Position numbers and translations under genes: made by a program
Origin: Microbotryum violaceum
Lineage: Eukaryota
Assembly: GCA_001244265.2 (NCBI GenBank)
Contig: CDLV01000013.1
Span: forward strand, 248,001-312,000
DNA: 64,000 nt
Direction: 5' to 3'
Part shown: piece by piece, positions 26,908 to 39,508 of the stretch
Numbering within the stretch: the stretch's first letter is position 1
Layout of the letters: each line of letters opens with the position of its first letter
Notes under the pieces: model-generated
What the model was told of the DNA's origin: nothing
Seen by the model: the letters and a program-made list of their open reading frames with translations, nothing else
The model's database searches: none

Positions 26908-27536
26908 CACAGCACTGATGCCGTGTATTGTCAAACGAGGAGTCGGGGCAATACTTGGCCCGGGCCCGAGCGTTTTTTCGACGATTGACTGCGGCGTCGG
27001 AGGACAGTTTTGAAGCTCGATGGTTGAGGTGCGGGAGGCTTACCGATTCCAGTGCGGACAACTGCCGTAGTAGCGGAAGGAAGAAACGATGTCTTTTTAA
27101 AAGCCCTGAGGGGTTTTACAACCAAGGTGGCCAACAATATGGGACCGATGTCCATCACGTCCTCATCAGAGGCTCGAGCTCGTGTTAGGTGCCCTCAGGC
27201 ATGAACGCCCAGAGATGCGCAAAGCACAGCTTGACGGGTATAGACAATTTTCGAGCGATAGCATTGCAAGCACCGATAATTGGCGGAATCCATCCCCGCA
27301 ACATCCAGAAGTTCCCTATCAGCATATACACGTACGATAGATCCGGGCTCTATACAAAAGATGGGATTTATCGCGTAGATTATGCGCAAAGAATCCTAAG
27401 CAAGCGCTGTGCAAAGACTCTCTGTTAGAAGTGGGGTCTGAGAGCCTAACTCATTGCTATTAGTCTTGGTTAATACTTTATTCTGCGCGCGCGCCTATCT
27501 TTGTCTTTGCGTCTTTTTTCCTTCTGGGTTCCTTCT

Positions 27537-27674
27537 CCACGCTATTCTCATCATCTCACTCGTGTATCTCGGAGCTGAGTCGTGGAGTACCTCTTAGGTT
27601 AGTTACTGCAAAGCCACGCTATTCACATCATCTCACTCGTGTATCTCGGAGCTGAGTCGTGGAGTACCTCTTAG
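27537..27674. repeat. 61-bp direct duplication (1 mismatch) with 16-bp spacer
   Basis: 27537-27597 vs 27614-27674 (CCACGCTATTC[T/A]CATCATCTCACTCG...GTACCTCTTAG). Confidence 0.95.
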
Positions 27675-27691
27675 TCCTTGTTGCAACACTC

Positions 27692-30011
27692 TCAACCAAG
27701 CGCCATGGGGCCGAGCGTCCCGTCGATCGCGATCGCTTGAACTCCAACACGTCCTGTAGTGTCTGGAAAGTCTGAGCGTTTCAATGCGAAGAACTCGTCC
27801 GACGTGGCCCCGAGCAATTCGGGCTCCTCTCCATCGCGCGTGTACCATACGATGTACATCAACGCAAGCAACGCAGGGGTCCAGCAATCATCGCTCGGAT
27901 TTGCGCCATCAATTTGCCATTCGATTCGCTCGCCGCTCGATGCCCATTGCACGCCTGTGATCGAGGGTGTCACCGCTATTGAACCATCGCCCGCGAGGAT
28001 GGAAATTGAACCAACCAAGATCCTCGAACCTCCTGGAACCTCGACACCGCAGCTGGTAATCCTGGTGTCGACGTCAGACTCGATCTGAGCTGAAACAGCA
28101 TGCCAGCCTTCCGCCCCCTCACTCGACTTCAAGTCCCCCAGCCGAAGTGGACCGTGAGCGTCGGTCGCAAAGAGGCCGAGCTCGGCTTGCAGAGGTGATG
28201 ATGATTCTTTCCACATGAATTTGATACGCGCGCCATGCACCTTAGACAAAGGTATGTCTGTCGCACTGATGGGCACTTGTATCGTCTCCGAGCGAGTCGA
28301 TTCGATGTTTAACGCGCATGATCCGAACCATGCCTCGTCCTCGACCAGGTCCGTCTTGATCGCTTCTTGTGTTGAGGGTATAGCTAAGCAAGGGAAAGGG
28401 AACGTCATGTTGAGGTCGGTCCATCCCTTGTCCCACGTCGCTTTTTTCTTCCCATCAATGAAGAAGCCAAATCCTGAGCCTCGAGAGAAACACGTCCAAA
28501 ACGACCCGTTCAGATCCGAGGGCGGTCGATTTTGGTCCCGAGCGTAGTTCGAAAGCGGCTTGAAGCTTTGATCCAGAGAAGTGTCCAACGCAGATGCGAG
28601 ACTGGTGAGCTGAGCGGTCCGATTGGCGTTGTCGATTGCGGCTGGAGCGACCAAAGCAGTCTCCTCACGCTTGCCAACAGGTGCGAGCGGTGTTGGTGCG
28701 TCGGGTAGTCGCGGTGTTCCAATCCAAAGGTGTGCATCATCCGCGAACCACTCGCTATAGCCCTTGGGATTCGTAAGGTCGTGTCCGAGACTTTCGACGG
28801 TCCATCCGGGGGCAAAAAGGGCAACAGAGTAGACCGCATTCGGCGACGACCCCGCTGACACTTTATGCAAACTCGATTTGGTCACCCGATCGAGTAAGTC
28901 CAATGCGATCCATGAATCAAAGCCTCCACCCCCGAATTGGCCTCTCCCCCAGACGTCCAAGCCAAAGTAGACCTGGTCCATCTCGATCATCGACGATTTC
29001 TCGGCGACTTGGGTCGTAGTGTCTTCGATTTCCTTCTCCCTCCACCAATAGTTGAGGAAGATCAAGTCGGCCACTTTGAAGAAGGGGAGTGTGTATTCGT
29101 TCAGTTCGTTCTGCCATTCAACGCCCAGGAGGTTGACGGCGTCGTACCTGCCGGGGGCACGAGATGGTCAGCACGATCGAAGAAAGGTCACGTGATTTCG
29201 AAGGACCGCGATGACGACGAACCACATGATTACCGACTGCGGGCCGATGCGGCTTCTGGCCTGCTTCTTGAGGTATTGCAACCAAAGCACCATAACTTGC
29301 ATCTGCTCGGTTTCATGACCCACGACGAATGGCACCTCGACGTTGATCAACCAGCCTTCAAAGCTTTGCTCGACGCACATGTCGATCAGACTGTCGGCGT
29401 AGCTCAGACTCGCCGTGCTCAGACTCGCAGCTGTAAATCGCGGGACGCCACCTTCGTTGGAGTGCCCGAGCAGCTTGAGAAGGTCTTGAGCACCTTCATC
29501 GCCTTCGAAAATGAAGGTGCCGAGCATCTTGACGCCGTGACGATGGGCGGCTCTGGTCCACGCTCGAGGTGGGGGCGACAGTCGATGGTGTGCGAAGCTG
29601 TGTAGCGAGGGAGAGGTTGAGCTACGGCTTTAAGTCCGACGAAAAACTGTCACAGATAGGACGTACTATACGAAAGAGTCGAGCAAATGCCACCAATGGA
29701 ACGTGTAGCCTCGTTTGTCATCGCGCTCGCTGTATCCTCCCTGGCAGGATCAAGGGCAAGACAGGGGTCAGTCATTCTACCTCTACCCGAACAACACCCG
29801 AATGGTTAGCTCTAACCCCGTAGTCATGGCAGACGGAGAACCGATGCTTCCCCGCTGTATCCGACCCGGCCTTCGGGAACGTATAGGGGATCGGCTTCAG
29901 CGGTGACTTCGGCCTTTGTCGATCTTCGGCAAAGTCGGCAAGGGAAGAGAAAAAGGCGGGAGACTGGTGCGTTGCATCCTCAACTAATGGTCCAGCGGCG
30001 GGTGTGCGCAT
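27692..30011 (-). CDS. Cytosolic endo-beta-N-acetylglucosaminidase (GH85), multi-exon
   Basis: FFSSLADF; VCHDY; FAHHRLSPPPRAWTRAAHRHGVKMLGTFIFE; catalytic GWLINVE; IFLNYWW; YFGLDVWGRGQFGGGGF; SVALFAPGWT. Confidence 0.92.
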
Positions 30012-30055
30012 TGCAAGAGAGTAAGAGACTGCAGCAGGGTGGAGGGAACGGTAAG

Positions 30056-30090
<35 letters not shown>
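30056..30090. repeat. (GA)n microsatellite; CT-rich tract on the ENGase coding strand just upstream of its start codon
   Basis: About 12 GA units at 30056-30080, then a degenerate extension. Confidence 0.9.
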
Positions 30091-30357
30091 CGCCGAGTCA
30101 GAGTGGTGGTTCGACACCGAATGTCTCAAGCTCGAGCTAGCTATCAAATAGCTAGCTCGAGCTTCGCGGTTCTCGGGCCGCTGCGCCTCTCGAGCGGTGC
30201 AAAGGCCGGAAATACGAAAGCAGGACTGAATTGCACGTCAATGTGTGCAACCGCATTTTTTACGCGCGCTCTTGTGTCGATGTTGACAAACTAAGTATAA
30301 GCAGAAATCTCCATGCTCCGAAGAGGAAGCTCCCTGGAAGCCTACGAGTTGACCAGC

Positions 30358-32160
30358 TCAGTTCTGGACCATCTCGTCGACGGCCTTCTCGTACTGCTGC
30401 TTCGTCGGCAGCGACATTGAAGGGGGCACAGCGGTCGGAAGCGGCGGCAATGCAGCAGCGGACGCGCGTCGGGAGTTTTGAATCAAAACGGCACTGCATT
30501 ATAGGGTGATCTCGAGTAAGCTGACACAGACACAGCCGGAAAATCTCCCCCCACACAAACCGCGGAAATACATACTCGATGATGACCAAAGCGGCCATGG
30601 CTTCAACGATGGGGACCGCGCGGGGCACAACACATGGGTCGTGGCGTCCTCGAGTGTTCAATACACCGTCCTGCCCGTCGTACTTGGCCGTAGCCTGATC
30701 CTGCGAAATCGTGGCCGGGGACTTGAATGCGACCCTGAGAGATAGTATGACACGTGTCAATAAGCATTCCAACCCCAATCCAGGGCATTTGAAAGCCTAC
30801 AACTCACTTGAAGTAAATGTCCTCGCCGTTGCTGATACCACCCTGGATGCCACCACTTCGGTTCGTCTTGGTCCCGAGCGACCCGTCGGCTTTCCTGATG
30901 AAGGCATCGTTGTGCTTGGACCCGGCCAATTCGGTTCCCCTGAACCCAGAACCAATCTCAAAGCCCTTGGTTGCGGGGATCGACAGCATGGCGTGGGCCA
31001 AGAGGGCTTCCAGCTTGTCGAACACGGGCTCTCCGAGACCGAACGGAGCGTTGCGGATGACGCACGTGACCGTACCACCGATCGAGTCGTTGTTCTGCTT
31101 GGCCAACATGACTCGCTTTGATGTTGTATATTGTCCGAGAAAGTGTCGTCAGCAATGTACCGACCTTCGTTTGCTCTGTCTACAAACTCACCTCCTCCAT
31201 CGCTTTGGCCGTCTCGGGGTGAGGGCATCGGATCGTGGTCTGGTCGACTGTCTCCCTCGAGACGCTTCTCAGCAAAGCCAGATAGTCCTCGTCGTCGGTG
31301 TCATCGTCACGCTTGGAGGTGGGCATGTGTACTTTTCCTACCGACGAGACGAAGGCGACGATTTCGACGTTGTGGGCCAGCTTGAGGTACTTTTCGGCGA
31401 TAGCTCCCGCCGCGACTCGGCCTAAAGAGGGGGAAATTCCTCATCGTGAGCCCGTCTCCAGGTGCAGTCACCCGAGCTGTCGAGCCTCACCGATCGTCTC
31501 TCGTGCACTGCTCCTCCCCCCGCCCGAGCTGGCCTTGATACCGTACTTGAGCAGGTAGGTCCAGTCGGCGTGCGAAGGGCGCGGGTAGTGGTCCGTCTCG
31601 GTATAGTCGTGCGGGCGCTGGTCCTTGTTGCGTACGAGCATGCCGATCGGTGTCCCCAAGGTAACACCGGCCTCTACACCGGATTGGATCGCGACTTCGT
31701 CGGCTTCGTTGCGCTGGGAGGAGCGGTTCGGAGATTACGGGCGTCGCGGTCAGGAGGGGATCGGATCGGATCGGATCGCAGATCAGCCAGAGGTGACCGC
31801 GTACTCACCGGAGTGGTGAGAGCAGACTGGCCAGGACGTCGTCGGGTTAGTTGGGGCTGGAGATCACCGTTGTCGAGCGGCATTCCCTGTTGGCGTGAGA
31901 GGTTCGACCGTCCGAGTCAAGAATGGCCGCCGCGGAGGCAACGAGAACATGGCCGGGTTCCAGATCCAAGGAGCGAGTGAGGGGGAGAGGAGAGTGATAG
32001 TGGAATCGTGTGAGTGGCAGGTTGTGGGGTGCGTCCTCGAGGCAGGGACCCCAGGATGCGATGTACTGACAGGAGGGCAGCCGTCGACGATGCAGCCGAC
32101 ACTGGCGCAGTGCGACTCGCCGTACGTCGTCACACGGAACATGGAACCGAAGGTGCTCAT
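30358..32160 (-). CDS. ARO2: Chorismate synthase, multi-exon
   Basis: [115 protein letters not shown]; spliced end ...EMVQN* (TGA 30360-30358). Confidence 0.97.
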
Positions 32161-33104
32161 CTTGGCTAATTGACTGTACAGTGATCAAGGGGACAAGGAA
32201 ACTATGAATTTCCTGGGTGATGGGTATCCGTCGTCGATCGTTGTCGAGCTCGCACCGTCTTCGCGGGCAGAGAGACTCAGGGGGTTGGACAAGACCGACA
32301 GTTGGCGATCGCCCGTCGCTGTAGCAGGCTGAGCCGGCTGAGGCACTGATCGATCTGAACAGCGCCGAATCATGTGTCCGCAAATGAAAGCGGACCATTT
32401 CGATCCGGGAAAATGTCCAATCCTATGCGTTCAAGATGTTAGTGTGTTGTAATCTTATCCTGAGACTTATGCAAGACCTATCTATCTGTCCAACTTACTG
32501 GACCGGGTCCATGCCAAGGAACGAGCCTACTGGGACCTCGGGCAACTATAAACTCTCCGGCGCATGCAGAAAAACGCTGGGACTTTCCTCAGCTGCTGCG
32601 TGCACGTGTGAGTGATATTCCGGAGACTGTGCTGTTGTGGCTGTAACGACCGCTACCGCGAGCTAACCTACATACCGTCAAGTATCAAATAACTCGTTTT
32701 GCAGCCTGCAGGGGCGAGTGCCGGGCGTGCCCCCTTTCGGGCACCGGGGTGCTCTAACCGGCCTTGCGCCGCCTTGTTCGGTCTGCGCGTTACTTGTTCG
32801 CTCCGCGCGTCGCCGTTCGCCATGGGAGCCATGTTGAGCTTCAAGTCGTTCTTTTTCCTTGTTCTCTTCGCCGACGAGCTCCGGCCCTCATATTAAGAAC
32901 GATCGTTGTCGTGAGCAGGCTTATCTTCCCGCCCTTACCCTACCACTTCCACCTTCTCTTGACCGAGCCAACCCCTCGGGACCGTCATCGCGCTAAGCCA
33001 GCGGACGCCCGCCGCCGGTTCCGATTGCCCACCGCTCCACCGTTCCGGATCGACTCGTCCTTCAACTACGTCAGAGAATCCAGTTCACCCCTTCTCATAG
33101 GGCC

Positions 33105-34886
33105 ATGTCCAGGTGGGTGACAAAGGCTATGCTACTACCGCTATAGCTGTCCTCGACTCGACCTTCGGCTTCAGTTGAAGCTGACTCCTTCCGATTTGGC
33201 TTCCGGCGACCGCCGTCAGCGCCGCCATCGCTTCAATCGTGTCGAGGGCGTTGTCGGCTTCCTCCGAGGACTCGGACTCCAGTGATTTGGACTTCAATAT
33301 TTACGGTCAGCACAGAGTGCGCCTGAAGAATAGCGTAATCGGATCCGCGATTGACGTGGTGGTTTCTTTGCGAGGTCCGCAGGCTACCACCCCACACTCG
33401 GTAAGCCATCGGTGACGCCAGGAAACTCTTTCTCGCGTCAGGATGGCTTCCGCCGAGCCAGGTATCGCAACTCCTTCTGACTCCAGTCCTGACTTTTCCT
33501 TTGCAGCGGCAGCGATCGTGTTCATCACTCTGTTCGGTCTCATTACGATCATCAATACGTTCCATGTTTTCAAGTCCAAAGTATGGTGGATGTCCATTCT
33601 CCTGCTTGGAGGGCTAGGTCAGTCCGCCCGACCTCCTATCATGTTCACTATTCACAACCACCTTTTTGAGAGCTGAAATCTGAGTTTGATGCCTTCAAAT
33701 CACCGCTTGTTTCAGGTCAAGTGATCGGATGGAGCGGGAGGCTCTGGAGCTCCAAGAACGTTTACAGCCTCGACGCTTTTTTAATCCAACAATGCGCGTA
33801 AGTCCGGGGTGATTCACGCTTCTAACGCCACAGTACAGCACACTGTCATTTCTTAATTACTGAAACATCCTGAATTTTTGTTCGTCAGCCTCATCCTATC
33901 CCCCTGCTTCTACTCTGCTGCGCTGTACGGATCGCTTGGCATGCTGACTCGGACGCTGGGGGCCGAGCATTCCCGCCTTCGACCGAATTTTTACATGCTC
34001 ATTTTCTGTCTGGCGGATCTCTTGGTCAGTGAAAACGAGCTTACGTGGTGTTCAGCCCACTTTAAATTTCAACCCACTTTTACTGAGTTTTATCCCCCTT
34101 TCCCAGGCACTGGTTGTACAAGCTGTGGGTGGTGCAATGGCTGCGATCGCTCTTGAGAATGGGAAGGCGTCCGAGACAGGTTCGTCCGCTTCGCTGCCAA
34201 AATGTTTGGAGCCCCGCTCTCAAACTTTATCTACTTACACCTACCTCTTCTTCTATTGCCCCGATAGGAACCCACATCATGGTCGCAGGCATCGCATTAC
34301 AACTTGCCGCGATGCTCGCGTTTTGCGCGCTCGGCTACGACTTTCTCCGACGGGCAATACGCTCGCCGGTATACCAAGAACGCAAGACTCAGCCCGGAGT
34401 CAAGCTGCAACGAATCGTATACGGTATGGTATGGGCCGCGTTTTGGATTCTCGTTCGGTCAGTCGTCGCTTTTCATGAGGTGATTGCTTGGCGTACGCCC
34501 GCCGAAACTGACGAAAATCGAGCCCCTGTTCTGTTGCCGTTCTTTTCTGGTCGAAGTTGCCTCTATCGAATGGTGGAGCTCTCACAAGGGTGGACGGGCT
34601 ATCTTATCAGTCAGTCCGGCAATCGGTTCGATAACTCGTCTTGGACCAACCCAACTCATCTACACCCCGTCCCCTGCTCACAGCCCACGAACCCTTCTTC
34701 ATCTGCCTCGATGCGGTCCCCATGGTGCTCTGCCAGGCTGCGTTCGCCATTGCCTTCCCTCCCTTCTGCATCCCCTACAAAGGCTTCAAAGCCAAGGTGG
34801 ATGCCGAAATGGCTTCTCCAGCACCTACGGTCGTGTCGATTCCCGAGAGTCCTCAAGAGAAGGGTCCGTTTACCGCTGCACGTTGA
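33105..34886 (+). CDS. RTA1-like 7TM lipid-translocating exporter, multi-exon with microexons
   Basis: Spliced IYGYHPTLAAAIVFITLF; QVIGWSGRLWS; LILSPCFYSAALY; ALVVQAVGGAMA; HIMVAGIALQL; YRMVELSQGWTGYL; HEPFFICLDAVPM. Confidence 0.9.
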
Positions 34887-35466
34887 GAAGGGGAACATTT
34901 GGTTTGGAACTCGCCTACTACTGGGCGGTCCAAGGACTCCGAAGACTCGGGATGAAACCTGCTGGTTCGGATAGACAGCTTTTTTATTCTATCACGTTTG
35001 TTGGACTAGACGATTTGATCATGTAGAATGGAGTGAACACAAGTACAAGTTCGAATACGAGCGGCAGGCAGTGAGAGCCTCGTTACGTAATGTGCCTGAC
35101 TGTGCCTGTGCTTGGCCAGTCTAGGCCAGTCGTGTGCCACCCCACCCTACTCGACCTGGCGAAGCTCCCTCTGCTTCCACACCCTTCTACGCTAATCCCA
35201 CTTGATCTGCACACCAATGTACGTGACCGACGCCTCTGTCGAACGCGCGAGACAAGGTGACTGACCTTACACCGCCTTGTTCTGGCACTGTTCTGCTCCA
35301 ATGTGACCCACACCTCTCCGCTTTCCGCCCCCACGCCCCCACGCCCCACACGTCAACGCATGACCTCTGCCACTCGCGCGCCACCGACCGGTGACTGGCG
35401 TGACGTCCTTCCCCTTTTCTCCCATTATCCCTCCTCCACTTGCAGAGCGCAGACCACACAACCAAC

Positions 35467-36727
35467 ATGTCCGGTGCTCCTCTTCCCAAAGCGACATTGT
35501 ATTACTTTGGTGGCTCCGTCTGGGCCTCCGTACCCTTGTTGTGCGCCGAGGAGAAGGGTTTTGGCCCGGACGTGTTGGAGAAGAGGAGCGTCGACCTGCG
35601 TGAGTCAATGTACGAAAATGTTGCAGTTGGAGATATAACCGACCCTTGAATTGGTGACAGTGAATGGTGACAACTTTTCTCCGGCGTATCTGACCAGTAA
35701 GCTCACGCGCTCACACCGGAGGGAGCCTTCCCTAGGCGGAGTCCGTCCATCACCAAACTGATTCCCAAACACCTCTCATCATTGTCCCAGTCAATCCCCG
35801 CGGTAGTGTGCCTACCTTGGTCGCCCCTTACGAACACACGACGACCCCCGATCTCCCGACCAAGTACAAAGCCCTGACGGACTCGGTCGAGATCTGCCAA
35901 TTCCTCGACTCGTCCACGTCCCGCTCGACGACCTTCCAAAGCCCTTCCTTGACCCCAGCGACCGTGCAGGGTAGTTCCGAATCCAAGTTCTGGGTCGAGC
36001 ACGTCCACGGTCCCGAGGCGGCCGATCCGAATGCGTTCTTGATGAGTTTCCGAAGCGACGACGAACGCAAGGCCAAGAATTCGAACCTGCCCGGCGATTT
36101 CTTGAGGGGGCGACAAATGGCGTTGGAAAAGTACGCGAAGGAAGCGGGGGACGATGATGCGAGATTGGCTGCCTTCTATAAGAACAAGATCAAGGTCGGT
36201 TACAGTGCCGCAAAAACCGGGGTAGGCTGAATTCGAGCTCCACTAATCCTTCGCTACCCCAATTGCTGTCTACCCGCAGGAGAATGGTGGTCTCTTGGCC
36301 ATGTACGAAGGCAAAATTGACGCATCCCCCTTCATCGAAGCCTCAAAAGAGATGTACGTTGCCTTGAACAAGACGATCGTTCTGCTCGAAAAGAGCCTTA
36401 GGGCCGCCTACCTCGTCGGGGATCAAGTTTCACTTGCCGAGTGAGTTCCCGCCTCCCTCCCTCCCTCCCTCCCTTCAGGAAACTCCTAAACTAATCCCGA
36501 TCACCTTAACTTTCTCTATCACACCCCTTCGTAGCCTCCACCTCGGAGCCTACCTCGCGCGTATCCTCGCCGCCCTCGGAGCGAAATCCATCACCGACGT
36601 CGACGGAGCGCTTGAGAAACTTGATGCTGCTCTGACCCAAGCTTCCGGTCCCAAGTTCAAAGCTTACGTCAAGGTCTTGTTCGAGAGGGAGACCTTCCAG
36701 AAAGTGTATGCGGAGGGGTTGCATTGA
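35467..36727 (+). CDS. Glutathione S-transferase-like protein, multi-exon
   Basis: LYYFGGSVWASVPLL; DL|VNGDNFSPAYL; NPRGSVPTL; LTDSVEICQFLD; YLVGDQVSLADLHLGAYLARI. Confidence 0.8.
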
Positions 36728-37216
36728 GTGAGAGGCAGGGTTTGTAGGGTAGGATCGGAGGGTGGTCGCTCGGCGTGATAATTGACATGACAGGAGCGCC
36801 GAGGTCCTTGCGCCTCAATGAGAGATAAGTGGGAGGTAGCGTCCAGAGAGTGCGAATTACAGACTTAGAAAATCAATCATTACGTCGAACACGGGAGGGG
36901 GCAATCGAGAGCCAACGGCGCACAGCAGAAAACGGATGCGTGGGGAAAGGGTTTATAGACAACAGACAGCAAAAAAAAAAAGCGATTGGATGAAACAGCG
37001 AGAAGAGCCTGTGATGACAGGCCAGAAGGATACATGCGATATAGGGGTATGCTGGGAGGGGTACGGGAACTGGAAAAAGAAATTGGATGTGCGCGGAGAA
37101 GTCATGTGTAGGGTCCCCCATTTTGCTTAAGACTTGCCCCTTTAGACTCTGCAGTAAGAGTATAATCAGTGTCACCTCCCAGATCCAAAGTCAGACTGCT
37201 AGACACACGCGGTGAC

Positions 37217-39116
37217 TTACTTTCGGCTGACGCGGACAAAGATGCGCAAAAGCGAGACGATCAACACGGCCAGGCACAGCATGACGCTCAAAAAAACTGT
37301 GCGAGGAAGGCAATTCAGAATGAGATGAGCTCAATAGTCGCAAGGGAGATCCGGCGAGCCTGGGACGGACTGAGAACAACCTGAGCCATCTGTTGCTGGC
37401 AGATCGAATCCGCGACCGTGCCATTGACGCTAGAGAGCCCTATAGACGAAGGTGATTCGTTGTACCTCGCGTAAGGAGTGAAGGATGTGCATTCGAGGGA
37501 GGAGGTGAAGAGATCGTCAAACGCGAGGGAGAGGAGGGCGGACCAGAGACAGATGAAGACGAGTTCGAGAAGCGTGTAGGCCATTTTGGTCCGTACGTTC
37601 CAGATCCCGATCGGTGGTCCAAAGTATTCGATATAGACCGTTGCAAACACATGCACGATCGCGAAAGGGCCGACGATAATGACGAACAAAGTCGAAGTCC
37701 CGATGATGCCAATGACGTTATTCCTCGTTTCCTGCAACCGGATATGGGAAGCGATACCCAGCGTGCACCCGGCGAGGACGAGGTTCATTGCTCGGAACAC
37801 CAAGGGTGCGAAGACGTTATTGAGGATGAAGTTTTCAAACTTGGTCGTCTTGGATTGTGAAGCTTGGGCCGCTTGAACGAGCGAAAACGGATCTCGATTC
37901 GCGTTGACGGAATCTTCGTCTCTCGAAAAGGGTGCCCACGGCGTTGACCACCCCGGTGTCTGTTGATCTGAATATGATTAGCTCAGGACACCTTCAGCCA
38001 AAGGAGACAACCTAGACTAACTTGGGTATGATTGACCGAGAAGACGTTGGAAGGCGCCAAGCGAGCGGCCACGTTCATGCTCATCTGCCTCGCATAACTC
38101 GGTCTCGGCGGATCAAGGTCATGGTCATCGTGCTTCTCTGCCTCGGCGCTGCTGTCGCCCGAATGACGCTTCTCCTTGTTGTGCGTGGGTACAGCCGTCG
38201 TGGGAAGCAATGTATCTCCTCTTTGGTCGCCTTCTAGTCGATTGACGTAATCGTGAACGCGGTCGAGGTACCGGCTCGGAAGGGTGAAGGTCCACCAGCG
38301 GTCGCCGGTCGGAGGAGCGCTAACGGCCGCCGCCCCGTTCGACGCGGTGAGGTTACTCGAGGCGTTGTGGGTCGCTTTTGCTAATCCAGCTACTGCATCC
38401 GCGTTAGTCTTGTTCATGGTGTCCTCTTCGGTATCCTTGCGTCGTGGGTTGAGAGGGGCCGCGGAGGAAGCGGAGTGGGCTGTCGACGAGGACGAGCGAG
38501 GCCATGTATGGTTCGGTAAGGCATCATCGTCGTGTGCATTTGTTGCTCCTTGTGGTGTTGATGATTTGTCGTTCGATGTGGATGCTGTTGCCCCTGCGCG
38601 AGTGTTGAAGTTGAGATATGAAGGTGTGAAGCTCGATGATGACGTCGCCGCAGCGGTGGCATTGTGCTTGGCGTCGCCGCTGCCCCTGGCGCTGGCTTGA
38701 GCGTTGCTGCCTTCGTCGGACGCTGGGGCTGGAGCACGAACGATCGACGACAAGGACCGCTGGCGATTCGCACCCGATTGGCCGAGGCTCGGCGGTGGGG
38801 GTGCGTTGTAGTCGTACAGGTACTCGACCTCTTCCTTGGGTATGTTGCGTGCCCATGCTGTGGATGATGCAAGCGATCGGTTTCCGCGGTGGCAGCTGGG
38901 TCAGCGCTGGAGCCTCTCGCGTGCACTGGCCTGAGAGCGCTCTCGTTCAACCCCGGCGCTGGAGCGCGCTGGCAAACTGAGGCACTGTATCGGCCAGACT
39001 GCGGACAACGTACATGGCGTAGTGACGACCCTCTTGTTGCTCATCTGGTACGACTTGCGGGGTGAACCTGTCGATCCGCCATGGTCGCTGGTCGTTGTCG
39101 AGCTAGCACTCGACAT
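37217..39116 (-). CDS. SRF1: Srf1-like regulator of phospholipase D (4-TM, long disordered N-terminus); 5' exon structure uncertain
   Basis: TPGWSTPW; FILNNVFAPLVFRAMNLVL; YIEYFGPPIGIW; LELVFICLWSALLSLAFD; spliced end VLIVSLLRIFVRVSRK*. Confidence 0.75.
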
Positions 39117-39508
39117 GATGGATGATGTCGCTCGCGCCCGCGTACGAGCGAAGGCCAATCCAGCCTCAGCTGTCGGCTTCACTGCGCCTCAATTCGCGCC
39201 CCTGAGACATTGTCTCCCCTCCGAGTCGATCGATTTTCTCCGAAGTACCGAAACACGTATGGCGGGTAACTGTGATTTTGCTTTGGACGTGATTCGTGAT
39301 TCAGGGGGCAAAGTAGTGTATGAAAAGAGGGGGAGGAAGAATGGTCGACTTTTTAAAGGGGTAGTAGGAGGTCGGTGATGTCAGGCAGAGAAAAGGAGAA
39401 ATCGTAAACAAAGAAAGAAAGCTGAAAAACCAAGCACATCCACGCTGGTAGGAGTGTGCAACCCAAAAAATGTAGACACAGAAGAGAGAGATGCTTTAGC
39501 ACTCGTCG

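Noticed and set aside
27189-27428. Short ORF with YDRSGLYTKDGIYRV, faintly like the SRA-domain YDGLY motif
   Set aside because: Match too short and the rest of the domain is not visible
27537-27674. Repeat-spacer-repeat as a CRISPR-like array
   Set aside because: Only two 61-bp units, eukaryotic context, no cas genes
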